A stretch of 64,000 nt of DNA from Dudresnaya verticillata. Taxonomy: Eukaryota. The notes under the pieces were generated by a model. The model was not told where the DNA came from. It made no database searches and was given only the letters and a program-made list of their open reading frames with translations. The stretch's first letter is position 1. Each line of letters starts with the position of its first letter. The translations under genes were made by a program, and so were the position numbers. The stretch is from positions 2,542,001-2,606,000 of the forward strand of contig OZ374562.1 of assembly GCA_977862235.1 (NCBI GenBank), read 5' to 3'. Positions 23,539-35,673 of the stretch are shown here, piece after piece.

Positions 23539-26520
23539 CTCCTTTAGTGTCATCTACGCCTTGCTCCTTCGCATCCATCCATCCATCCATCTCATGAGTT
23601 TCCTCTGCAACCAATACTGAAAGTGCAAAAGCGACTGCGTACATGTACGACTTGACAGACACAACAGCACAGCTTCATTTGTTGCGCGATATTGACCAAT
23701 CGTTTTCTTTAAGTATTTAACCGCTAGAGGCAACCAATTGCGTAGCGTGACTGTGACGCAGTCTTGGACTTTGCAGCGCTCCCCGCTATCTTCTATAACG
23801 TTCCTTCACTCAAACTCTCTATTGATACTTTGCTTCTGTGGCTATTTCGCATACCGTGCTGGTTTTCGGCAAGTTTAATAAACTGACATAATGTGTAAGG
23901 CCAGAACAGGGCTGTATGCATAACAAGAGTCTTCTAGGTACTGCACTACTACAATTGTTGTAATGACAAGTCAATGTAATGATAGTTCCGACAATGGACG
24001 CATATAATCGTTTAAACAAGCGCAATACACAAACTTGAACCTGCCGTTCTCAGCGTTGCGCCGAAATAAACACCCTAAAGCATTCCACAACGTAGGAACC
24101 AGTCCCACAGAATCGTACCCTATAGTGTTTTGGGACCTAGAGTTTGCCACGTTCTTCGGGATACGGTCCGTAGGTATCCAAAATACTGTCAAAAACAGAG
24201 AAGGGGAATCTTATTGAGGAGGCAAAAGGGAGCCCTACGAAGCTCCTTGGAAAAAGAGGGAGACATTGTCAAATGGGCAGTACCTCTCTTGAACACATTA
24301 ATTGTTTTCATGGCCGTGTTTTATGACCATATAAACTCAATGTTATTGCGAACTGTGTATACTATTCACAGTAGCGTCATGGTCATGTCAATCATAACCA
24401 TGTTACCAGCTTTTGCGCAAGTGCGATGTGTTCACTTTCAGGAAAAGAATACAAGTAGAGATTCTCCCATTTTTGCAAAAAGCACACAGCATTCCTCGAA
24501 GCTCTCCTTCATTACTGAGCTTCGCTTGGCGTACAGATCCAATTGAAAAATGTAGTTCTACATTGCCCTATCGTTTTACGGTTCGTACCTTTTGAGTCGA
24601 ACTCGCTTCAAACAGCAGGCGCAAAGTCTGAATGCTGCAAGTATTCTAGCCAGTTTATGGTTTGGATTGCTGTAAGTGTTTCTTCTAACCACTCTTCAGG
24701 TTCAGGCCATGACGGTATGCTCCATTGACACATATCGCTGATGCAGCCCTTCGATAGTGCGAAAAAACAGTGACGCCCAAGTTTGGAAGCCAACTTGTGT
24801 CTGTGGGGTGCGGAGGATTCCTCAGCCAAACCAATGCAGAGAAGAGTGGCATATAGTTTTATCTCTCTCATGTCTCAGCATCCGGGAGCTAGGGACACTT
24901 TACATGAGGGCTGTAGATTAATCTCCAGCACGCACACACTATCTACAGTGCGCTTCCTTTTACCTTGTTCTTGGCTTCTGAGATCAGGAATAATGTAGCA
25001 ATATGGTTGAGCAAATAGTCAATACGATATTATTTCAATGCTATTTCTCTCGAAAGAGGCTCTCCATTCTACATCAGCTCATCTAAAAGAGATCTCTCCC
25101 GAGTGATCGGACGTTTTGAGCCTAATAATTTCTTGGTAATGTACTGATCTTCTCTACAATAATATAGAATCGAAATTCTTGCCGTGCCTCTCTAGAGTCA
25201 GAGCTACTCCTTAGTAGCGCTGGCGTGACTCAAGTCGGGTCACTCGACAAAAAGCCCCTCGTTCTTGAGAGCAGGCTTGAAGAAATCGACGTGCTGTGCA
25301 AAGCACAATAAAGTTTCCCATTCTTTCCTATTGAGAGATTAATGCATTATTGTTAAAGGTTTCTGGCTATGGATCTTTGAATCAGTCATGACCTTATTGT
25401 TCTTCTCTTACTGTCAGGTATTTATAAAGCTCCGAAAATGTTTTGGTGCACAGGGAGAGTCTCCTGTGACAGCTGTGTTTAGGCCACAAATTTCAACCAA
25501 TATGCGGTAGACTGTGGCTTCTATCGACAACAGTTCCACTTGTTGCAGAGGCTGGATGAGCCAATTTGCTGATGCTCGCACGTTGCCAACTTTCAAGGAA
25601 CCGACAGTCGCTCCACTGTCTGGAACGACTGTGTCGAGAATATGCTGGAGTAATCCTGACCGCTTGCTTTCATAGACCTTGACACGAACTTGAACAATCA
25701 GTACACATGCACAACAAACATAGTTGCTGCTTTGCTATTCGATTGCTCTTTCAAGCTGCACGAGTGGGAATGGAAGTTATTTCTCAGAGGAACTCCATAA
25801 TAATCGCTCCCTCTTTTTCCCGGGAGCTTTGTAGAGCTCCCTTTTATCTCCTCAAAAATATCCCCCTTCTCTGTTTTTGACAGTACTATTATGAGATACC
25901 TACGGACCGTATCCCGAAGAAAGTCGCGAGCTCTAGGTCCCAAAACACTATAGGATACGATTCTGTGGGACTGGTTCCTAAGTTGTGGAATGCTTTAGGG
26001 TGTTTATTTCGGCGCAACGCTGAGAACGGCAGGTTCAAGTTTGTGTATTGCGCTTGTTTAAACGATTATATGCGTCCATTGTCGGAACTATCATTACATT
26101 GACTTGTCATTACAACAATTGTAGTAGTGCAGTACCTAGAAGACTCTTGTTATGCATACAGCCCTGTTCTGGCCTTACACATTATGTCAGTTTATTAAAC
26201 TTGCCGAAAACCAGCACGGTATGCGAAATAGCCACAGAAGCAAAGTATCAATAGAGAGTTTGAGTGAAGGAACGTTATAGAAGATAGCGGGGAGCGCTGC
26301 AAAGTCCAAGACTGCGTCACAGTCACGCTACGCAATTGGTTGCCTCTAGCGGTTAAATACTTAAAGAAAACGATTGGTCAATATCGCGCAACAAATGAAG
26401 CTGTGCTGTTGTGTTTGTCAAAGGCAGCGCCTTTTTCACTTGCAGTATCGGTTGCAGAAGAAACTCATAGATGGATGAATGGATGGATGCGAGGGAGCAA
26501 GGTGTAGCACTAAAGGAGTC
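23539..26520. repeat. Inverted repeat (arms ~23539-24260 and ~25820-26520) of knottin-gene upstream sequence
   Basis: ORFs 23819..24025(-) and 26048..26254(+) are identical. The left arm is a gene-less copy of the upstream region. Confidence 0.9.
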
Positions 26521-26625
26521 ATTGGAGAGCGCTTCAGTTAAAACCATTCAAGGTCACATAGTTCAGCACAACATATATCCATTTGAAGGCGTTCTCAATG
26601 ACTCTACTCTGCAGACATGTGCGAC

Positions 26626-26645
26626 TTATATACAGCATATATATA
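26626..26645 (+). promoter_or_regulatory. Putative TATA box upstream of the knottin genes
   Basis: ttatatacagcatatatata ~115 bp before the ATG; related TATATA motifs at the same place in all five paralogues. Confidence 0.45.
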
Positions 26646-26740
26646 CCGTACGCCGAAGGCAAAACTCGGTATCCAAGTCGTGGATCACTGCCTACACGTA
26701 ACCCGAGAAGGAGAAGGAGGGCGAAAGAGAAACTTATGTC

Positions 26741-27160
26741 ATGAATTCGATCATTCTGGTTGTCACACTGCTATGCTACTTGGGGCTCCAATCCCAGACC
26801 TGCTCCGCCGTCAGCATCACCAGAGCTCGAGTGCAAGAACGCAGAGAAATACTCGCCCCAGTCGATAGACGTAATTTCAGACCGTGTCGGAGGAAGGGGA
26901 AGCGTTGTAGCTCCCACTACAGGGAGCGCTGCTGTGGAACTCTTCTTGTCTGTCTCCAATCCAGCTTGAGGTGTGCCGATTGTAAGCCCGCGCTCCGTTC
27001 TTGTACACCGAATAACGGGGAGTGCTGTTCAGGAATGAGTTGTCTTAACCGAAAATGCTGTGTGCGTCGCAATGGCTCGTGCAGTACATCATCTTCTTGC
27101 TGCCCTGGGCTTCAATGTGTCGGGTATAAATGCATTTTCAACACCGTAGGCTACCAGTAG
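26741..27160 (+). CDS. Secreted multi-knottin (ICK-like) precursor, 3 modules
   Basis: Signal MNSIILVVTLLCYLGLQSQTCSA, basic pro-region ending VDRR, three C-x6-C-x5/7-CC-x4/5-C-x4/6-C modules. Confidence 0.88.
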   Translation: MNSIILVVTLLCYLGLQSQTCSAVSITRARVQERREILAPVDRRNFRPCRRKGKRCSSHYRERCCGTLLVCLQSSLRCADCKPALRSCTPNNGECCSGMSCLNRKCCVRRNGSCSTSSSCCPGLQCVGYKCIFNTVGYQ

Positions 27161-29954
27161 TTCTTGGAACGCATGGCTTCAGTTGTAGTACCTGCAATAA
27201 TTGGGCACCTATATAAAATGGGGGAGAGCCCAAAAAGTGCGACTAGCCACTTTCGGGTACCGTTGGAATGACTGCCATCCTGTCGATGCACTTGCGTGAG
27301 TTAAGTTATTGGCAAAGTTTATGAAATGAACTGAGAGTAAAACAAACAGAGTCTGCCCCGTCCCGAGAAGGATTTTCTTTCGTGCCCTTCTCATGTGTCT
27401 CGCGTGGCGAATGTTTCAGCTACTATGAAGTGAACTTTGCCGATAGCCGCGAAAATCTCTCTTCTAAGCCATCTCAACTCTATCGTCCTTGAAACTGTCG
27501 CTGTGGTTGTTAACCACCACAAACTCTCCAATACATAAAGGTCTCCATCTAGTGGAAGTGTATTTAGAAATCTTGCGAGAAACGCTCCAAAAGCGAACAT
27601 TAGGCTTACAAATTTAGAATGCATCTCTGAGTGACTTCGTTATTATTATGGCACGTCCAAGATTTTATAGAACCATGCTACTACGTAAAGCTACAGCAGA
27701 AAGAGGGGCAGTTGTTTTTGCGGCTTTCGGGCATCCATTATAAGAATCCAGCTTATTTATGTTGACACAATTGGGGATACCAAGGGAACGGCAATATACA
27801 TAACGGCAGCGTACAATGCAACTCGTGCAGCTTGAACGAGCAATCGCTTAGCAAAGCAGCGATTATGTTTGTTGTGCATGTGTGCTGACTGCTCAATTTC
27901 GTGTCAAGGTCTCTGAAAGCAAAAATGTCAGGATTGCTCCAGCGTATTCTCGACACAGTCGTTCCAACCAGTGGAGCGAGTCGGCTCCTTGAAAGTTGGC
28001 AACGTGCGAGAATCAGCAAATTGGCTCAACCCGCCGTGGCACAAGCGAATTTGTTGTCAATAGAAGCCACAGTTTACCACATATTGGCTGAAATTTGTGG
28101 CCTAAACACAGCTGTCACAGGGGACTCTCCCTGTACACGAAAGCATTTTCGGAGCTTTATAAACACGTGACAGAGACCTTTAACTTAAAGCACTAATCTC
28201 TCAATATGAAAGAATGGGCAACTTGTGCTTTGCACAGCATGCAGATTTCTTCAAGCCTGCTCTCAACAGCGAGGCTCTTTGTGTCGGGTGACCCGACTCG
28301 ACTAGAGTCACGCCAGCGTGCTTCTAACGCTACCAAGGAGTAGCTCCACCTCTAGAATGGCATGGCAAGAATTGCGATTCTATATTATTGTAGAGAAGAT
28401 CTGTAGTACGGATTCCGTACCAAGAAATTGTAAAGCTCAAAACCTCCGATCTCTCGAGAGAGATCTTTTGGAAGAGCTGATGTAGAAGAGAGACCCTCTT
28501 TCAAGAGACATAACTTTGAAATGATACTGCATTGAATATTTGCTCAATAGTATTGCTATGCAATAGTATTGCTATGTTATTCCTGTTCTAAGAAGCCAAG
28601 AACACGTTAAAAAGAAGCGCACCGTAGACAGTGTGCGTGTAATCTTGTGATCTACAACCCTCATGTAAAGTGCTCCTAGCTCCCGGCTGCTGAGACATGG
28701 GAGAGATAACTACATGCCACTCTTCTTTGCATTGGTTAGGATGACGAATCCTCTGCACAAAACAGACATAAGTTGGCTTCCGAACTTGGGCGTCACTGTT
28801 TCTTCGCACTATCGAAGAGCAAGTCAGTAAAGAGATCAGGAGACCAACGTTCGCATTGTACTCAATCACCTTGGTTATCGCTGGGCTGTGCTTCCAGCTG
28901 CTCTTAACTCAAGAGTGTTCTGCAGTCGACATCGTCACTGTCTCGTAGGAGACACGCACAGAAATGCCCACGTCCTTGGTTAGATGCCATGTTTGGGCTA
29001 TCGCGATGCCGAAAGCGAAGGGGGAAGTGTTCCAATCTTAAGAAGTGCTGCAAAACCCTTTCCTATCAGAATGGGAAGTAGATCTTCTCAATATGGTCCC
29101 CCCTTCTCTGTATTTGACAGTACTATTATGAGATACCTACGGACCGTATCCCGAAGAATGGGGCGAAACTAGGTCCCAAAACACTGTAGGTTAAGGTTAT
29201 GCGGGACTGGTTCCTACGTTGTGCAATGGTTTAGTCTGTTTATTTCAGTGCAACACTGAGAACAGCAGGTTCAAGTTTGTGAATTGCGCTTGTTTAAACG
29301 ATTATATGCGTCCATTGTTGGAACTATCATTACATTGGCTAGTCATTACAACAACTGCAATATAGCAGTGCCGGGAAGACTCTCCTTATGCAGACAGCAA
29401 AATATCAACAGAGAGTGTGAGTGAAGAAACTTTATAGAAGATATCGGGGAGCCCAGCAAAGCCCAAGTCTGCGTCACAGTCACGCTACGCAAATTGTGGC
29501 CTCTATCGGTTAAATCCTTCCTCGAAGGAAACGATTGGTCAATATCGCGCAGCAAATGAGAGAGAGCGAGAGTTTGATCATAGAGAGAGCCTCTAATCAA
29601 CAATTGAAGCTGTGCTGTTGTGTCTGTCATAGGCAGACACGTGCCTTTTGTTCTTTCAGTATCGGTTGCAGAGGAAACTCATAGATGGATGAATGGATGG
29701 ATGCGAGGGAGCAAGGTGTAGCACTAAAGGAGTCATTGGAGAGCGCTTCAGTTAAAACCATTCAAGGTCACATAGTTCAGCACAACATATATCCATTTGA
29801 AGGCGTTCTCAATGACTCTACTCTGCAGACATGTGCGACTTATATACAGCATATATATACCGTACGCCGAAGGCAAAACTCGGTATCCAAGTCGTGGATC
29901 ACTGCCTACACGTAACCCGAGAAGGAGAAGGAGAGCGAAAGAGAAACTTATGTC

Positions 29955-30533
29955 ATGAATTCGATCATTCTGGTTGTCACACTGCTATGCTACTTGGGGC
30001 TCCAATCCCAGACCTGCTCCGCCGTCAGCATCACCAGAGCTCGAGGTCAAAAACGCAGAGAAATACTCGCACCCGTCGATAGACGTATTCTCGGATGGTG
30101 TCGTTGGAGGGGGTGGAGTTGTAGCTCCCGGCTCCACTGCTGTCGACCTACTGTCTGCCTCCAATCCAGCATGAGGTGTGCCAGTTGTAAGCATGCCGGC
30201 AATTCTTGTGACCCGAATGGCGGGGAGTGCTGTTCAGGAATGAGTTGTCTTAACCGAAAATGCTGTGTGCTTCTCAATGGCTACTGCAGTTCAAGCGATT
30301 CTTGCTGCAATTCGTACACTTGCGTCCACAATAAATGCCAGCATACCGCCTGTTTGCAACCAGGAAAAGATTGCAGAGACAACAAGGAATGCTGCCAGGG
30401 AAGTACTTGTAATTATATTTCCAAGAAATGCTGTTTCAACCGCTTCGAATCCTGCGTTCTATCTTCGTCTTGCTGTCCTGGCTTCAATTGTGTCAACGGT
30501 AAATGCGATCACCCCGGCCCAAGCAATTATTAG
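29955..30533 (+). CDS. Secreted multi-knottin (ICK-like) precursor, 5 modules
   Basis: Same signal and pro-region; five C-C-CC-C-C modules. Confidence 0.9.
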   Translation: MNSIILVVTLLCYLGLQSQTCSAVSITRARGQKRREILAPVDRRILGWCRWRGWSCSSRLHCCRPTVCLQSSMRCASCKHAGNSCDPNGGECCSGMSCLNRKCCVLLNGYCSSSDSCCNSYTCVHNKCQHTACLQPGKDCRDNKECCQGSTCNYISKKCCFNRFESCVLSSSCCPGFNCVNGKCDHPGPSNY

Positions 30534-30983
30534 AGCTCTGATTGTAAGGTTCGGGCGATATGATCGCAAATATTGTGTGTCTGCATGGAGCTTGGACGTG
30601 GACAGAACGATTTGGAACGTTTAGTATGTCCTTCACAAGGACCCAACTTGTCTATGGTACTACCTACACACAAGCTGCTTGAAAAATGCCCGAAGGGTGC
30701 AGCAGAATGGAAGTGTTTAGAACTAGGGAGGCTATTGCTTGGCTAGAAGTTTCCCAAAGGTAGTACTTCTCTTGAACACATTAATTGTTTTGATGAGCGT
30801 GCATTATGACCGTAAACTCAACGTTTTGGCGAACTGTGTATACCCTTCACAGTAGTGTGATGGTCATTGTGCAGTCATATTGCGATGTCTTCACGTCCAG
30901 GAAAAGAATACTGTAAGTAGATCTCCATTTTTTTGTAAAAAGCGCACTGCATTCATCCCTTTGCGGTCGTCTTCTTAGTCGAA

Positions 30984-31428
30984 AATGCCACGAGAAGGGG
31001 TCCCGCACGTCCACTGGAGCCCCGGCTCCGGTCGATGATGCTTCAACAGTCCCAGTCACGGAGCCCTTGTGAATAGTCATAGTCGTATCTACATCACCAG
31101 ACACTGTCGTGGTAGCTGCCGCAGTGCCCTTCAGCCCTACCTCCGGGATGTTCGACTTCTGTGCCTCACGTATTGCTTTGCCACCTTGCACATCTACTGA
31201 GAGCGAGCTCAGATCTGCAGTTCCCGACGAGTCTATTGGTAGCTCACTGGTCTTGGAGGTTTTCACGAGGTTCGTTCGGACGGCTGTCACGCAGCTGGCA
31301 TCCCTCTTTCTGCATCGGCGTCTGGTGGGAGTGGAAAGTAGCTTTGTGTCTATCGACACGTCAAACGCTGCTGCATCCACATTCGTTAGGCTTCCTCCCG
31401 ACACAGGGCACGTCTGCGGCGCTAGCAT
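30984..31428 (-). pseudogene. 5'-truncated, C-terminally frameshifted copy of the tail-collar gene
   Basis: MLAPQTCPVSGG...GAGAPVDVRDP matches the central/C-terminal part of 35674..36753; lacks signal peptide, collar domain and GIFPSRN. Confidence 0.85.
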
Positions 31429-33230
31429 GACTTCCAGCCGCAGGGAGGGAGGGGTGAGCTTCGTTCAGAATAGCGATTGAGTGTGTGTCAGGGCTATATA
31501 GGTCGTGCCGGGGTTCCGTTATTGTAAAGAAAGGGCGTTTTTCCCAAAACGATAGGTTTTGTTTGATGTACGTAAAGGCTACACGGTAAGCCGACCTTCG
31601 GTAAATCCTTCTACGTACATCCCATAACGTTGCTATTCACTGTGGCGCCTCAGTGCTCCAAAGAGTAAAAATGTGCTTTTCTTTGGTATTTCTGTCACTC
31701 TGGCCGCAGCGCGGTGCTGCACTCGAGAAATCTGACAAAGGGGTATCGTGAGGAGGTTTTCCGTAGCCACACTGAAGTGATAAAAAGTAATTGCAAAGTA
31801 TATGTGTCACTGCGTGAACGCTCCATAAGACAGCCAATCAACCGCACGGCAGAACAGGAAGCCACCAATCAGATGTTTGTTTCACAAAAGGAGCAGCCCA
31901 ATCCGCCGTCCACTGAACAACGATCCAGACCGACCGACGCAAAGAAAAATGGAAACTCCACGCAACCCCCCACCGCTCCCTTGCGTGCATCCTGTCCGCG
32001 CGACGGCCTGCGCCATGGGCGCTTGTATTGAGGGGGCAAGTCGCGCTCCAAGCCGAAGGGGAAAGCTGTGCGGCCTTTGCTCTGCATCACAGAGGTTTCA
32101 CAACAATTGCTCTCAGCAGCTGGTCGCAGGACCCTCCCGGCGTCACAGGTGAACTGCGCACCTCATATCTTCCCCCAACGGCGATATATGAGGTGCGAGA
32201 CATGTGATTGGGCATTTCGCGCTTCCCGCGCGCTAATTGGGTGAAACCAGGGCCGTCCTCGTTGTAGCACGACGGCTCTGAACCCATATTTTTGCGTTTG
32301 GTGCAGTTGCAGAATATGCCCAACTGCATCATTCAGAGTAGTTTTCTCCATTGCGACACCGCGTCACATGGCACTTTCAAAAGTATCCAAACAATAATGC
32401 CTTCCTCCTCGTTGCTGCACACCGCGGGCAACGTGTCCTAGGCACCGCACGTCTGGCGCGCGACGCGTCTCGGGAGCAACGAAGTGGAAGATGAGACATC
32501 TTCCGCGGCTGTTGCGATACCGCATCCGAACCTCTGCAACCTGTTGACGCGTTGCAGCAGCCGTCAGTGCCCGCCCCACCAGTGTCCTTCCACGCGGATC
32601 ACAAGTTGCGAGTCGCAAGAAACGCGATTGTCTGTGTCAGCAGTCCCACCGCGCGAACCTGTCAATCCGCGCCACACACCACCGCCGACAACGCGCCTTC
32701 GCCATCCCGCCGTTGGTCCAGTTTCGCAACAGCTTCATTTGTGGTTCCCCTTCGCCCGAACTGTCTAATACGAACCACGTCGGTGCGTTCACAAGCGCGG
32801 CGCAACACCCACTCCCGCTCGTCGAACAGCACAGGGCCCAATGAGTCGATATTTAACGAGTCGCTTCAACAGTTCTTCCATCCCCCTCTCTGCCGCCTTC
32901 ATCGCAGAGGACTTTCAAAACAGCGCCTAGCCCTTTCTCATTTCCCAAGCGAACTTATTCTCTCTCATTTCCCCTGCCACGTTTCCAACAATGATTGCCA
33001 CCGCCTCCCTCTTGTCCTCCTTCCGTACTCAGTTGTACTCAGTTGTGCGGTTGGAAGAACGTTTGTCCACTCCACTTCACTCTCCAGTGGAGGGTGTGCG
33101 CCTCTACTGATCCGTACCTCTTTGGATGTTTGCATTAACGACCATAGCTCTGCTCCTCATCACATGCCCAGGCATTCCGCAACTCTCAACCATCAGCCAC
33201 AATTCTCGCATTAGAACTGGTCGCCGCTCC

Positions 33231-33344
33231 GGAAAAGTTCTTCTCACTGCAAGGGAATGGTCGACGCACTGCCAGTACGGTGCTGTACGTTACTGTATCG
33301 CACTCGCACTGCGTCGTCCATTCCCTAGCAGTAATAACTTTCCC
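33231..33344. mobile_element. Two back-to-back Tc1/pogo-like TIR ends (TA-CAGTA...) forming a hairpin; copies near 39651..39764 and 56515..56628
   Basis: Left arm read on the minus strand (tacagcaccgtactggcagtgcgtcgaccattcccttgcagt) aligns ungapped with the right arm (tactgtatcgcactcgcactgcgtcgtccattccctagcagt) around a central TAcgtTA. Confidence 0.55.
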
Positions 33345-35673
33345 AGTACGGCACCGGCAATACCGGACTCTTTGTGCTCGCTTTTGAATTGTCCTCTGCC
33401 TAATGCTGATGGTACGTCTGGCCGTATCGGGGTTGGCTTTCGAAAGGCTGCCAACTTTATTGCCGCTAAGAAGGGCACGAACCCCATACTCGAGCGCTTT
33501 CTTCCGACTCGTCTCGTCAACTTCATTGTACATGATGCTGTATGTTGCTATTAGCGGGTAACTGTCGTAGCTAACATAACCTTTTTGAAATACCTCTTGT
33601 CCTTTGTAGACTCCTCGTCCGTTCTTCCGTACGCAGTTCCACACTCAGTGATTTTGTACACCTCCCCGGATCACCGTGCGAATTGTACCTAGGCCTGTTG
33701 CAGGCGCCTAAGCGTTACCGGCGTGCCGTCTCGTACATTCCTTGTGTGACACAGGCTTTCGAAAGCTTGACAGGGCTGTTGAGATTACAACGCATCCTTT
33801 CAGACAGGCACAACTCTGGCTTCTCGAAATGGCAAGGAACAGGTACGCTGTGCGTAATAGTGACGTAAAATCATCGAGAGACACCACGAGGCATATATCA
33901 GCAAGAGGAATGAGACCACACACATATAGGGCACAGCTACCCGAGACTCTCTGTGGCATATCTTTTGCTCATACCTGGTTCCCTAAACAAGTGCTTGTGG
34001 ATGTTGTAGTAGGCCTGTTTCTCATATGGTCATCTTTTTGTTGGTATCTTTCGCACCTTTTCTTGTTAGGTCATGGACATGGCCGAAGGTTGGGCTATAT
34101 ACTCGTTTCGGACTACAGCAAGTAGATCTTCTTACTGTGCATCTGACTATATCGTACGTATTCTACCTTAGTGTCCAACAATATCGTATCGCTACCAGTA
34201 AGCCGATTGGGCTTGCTTCCCCCTGTGCTAAGCCGAGACTGCCCGGTTGGTACGCTCTGCTGAGCATACAACATGGAGAAGGAACGCGCCACAGCCTTGC
34301 AAAATGATGATGATGGGTATGCTCGGGGAGGATTGGCAGCGAGATTTGAGCGCCAGCGACGGGCCTCAGCACCATCTCGCATGGTGTTCCCGGAAGCACG
34401 CTGTGTCAATGGGTGGGTATCCGACTAACTAGCGATGCAAGGGACGAAAAGGAGAACGGCGGGTAGCGGTAGGTAAAGCGAAAGCGCAAGGCTTCGCCAC
34501 AGTAGGTTGTGAGGGTTCTGTCCAGCTCCAAGGATGGCACGGAATTGTTGGCACGATTCCTTAAACAGCAACTCGTTGCCGCCTTTGCAGCGGTGCAAAC
34601 GAACGATTCCGTGACGCGATGAAGCCGCAGACAGCGGTCGGGCGATGCGGAGTGTGGAGTTTGAGTGAGCGACGTTTGGAAGTTTTCCGAAACCGGGCAC
34701 CAGCCGGTCCAACGAAACCGCGGTGCAGGCAGCGGGTGGAACTATCGAAGGCGCCGTAAGAGCCGCGACGGGCGCTTCGGTATCCCATGTCAGAGCTGCG
34801 AAGTCGCACTGTGTGGCAGCAGACCCGCGGTCTTACCTCGCGACTGATTGGGGGCTCTCGGCGCGGTGCCCAAAATCCTTTTCGCAGTGTGGTGTGCACC
34901 AACGGGAAACTGAGCAGCTTTTTCGGGTACTTTTGAAAGGCACACGGGCCGCGGTGCTCCACGAAGGAAATGGGCTCTAAACTGAGCGGCTGGTTGTGTT
35001 CTGCAGCTGCACCAAGCGCAGAAAATATGAGGGTAGAGCAGCGGTGCTGCAACAGATTGCCCGACAGAAGCCCATCTGACTACAGCCAATCAGCGAGACG
35101 GAGGCGCGGAACTACCAATCACAGACTTCCAAACTGGCCCTCTTTCCCGTCCGAGATGACCCTATCAGTTGTCCCTCCAGGGCGGGCGGTGACGTGTTCA
35201 TCAGAGCTGCTGAGAAGTGTCCTTCTCGCAAACTTCAGAGTTGCAGCGCGCAGGGATGAGAGGAAGCGTGACGCAGTGCAAAGCCAGCGTCGCCGCAACC
35301 GCCACTGCCGCCAACAACTTCTTCGCGGCTCGAGCTGCAACCCTCCTCCCCGTCCGCAGTAGACTTGATTCGGGATGCCGCCGCCCGAACGCGGTGTGCG
35401 CAGCCGACGCCGATGATTCCGCCGCGTGCAGCCATCTGTGCAGTGCGGAGTGGCTAGCGGGTATCCAGCTCCACCGCTGCCGTTTCAAGACGGACAGACC
35501 CAAGTGTATGGTCGAAAGGGCGTACAAACGCATGGGCGAGCTGCAATGGTTGCGCTATTTCTTGCGGATCGCACAGCGCCTCAGGCTTGGTTGTCGTAAG
35601 CCAACAGAAGCCCCTTCAAGCAATTTCATCTTCATGTTCTTCAAGCAGTTCGTCACCCCTAACATGCTATGTC

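Larger units (their letters stand above)
30984..35433 (+). repeat. Left arm of a ~4.45-kb near-identical inverted repeat
   Basis: Mirror ORFs, e.g. 34561..35052(-)/37898..38389(+) and 31714..32031(+)/40965..41282(-). Confidence 0.95.

Noticed and set aside
27820..28810. Short ORFs in the repeated inter-knottin block (also ~24750-25760, 43840-44780, 47680-48670)
   Set aside because: Frames are not preserved between copies and I recognise no domain; treated as non-coding or decayed repeat.
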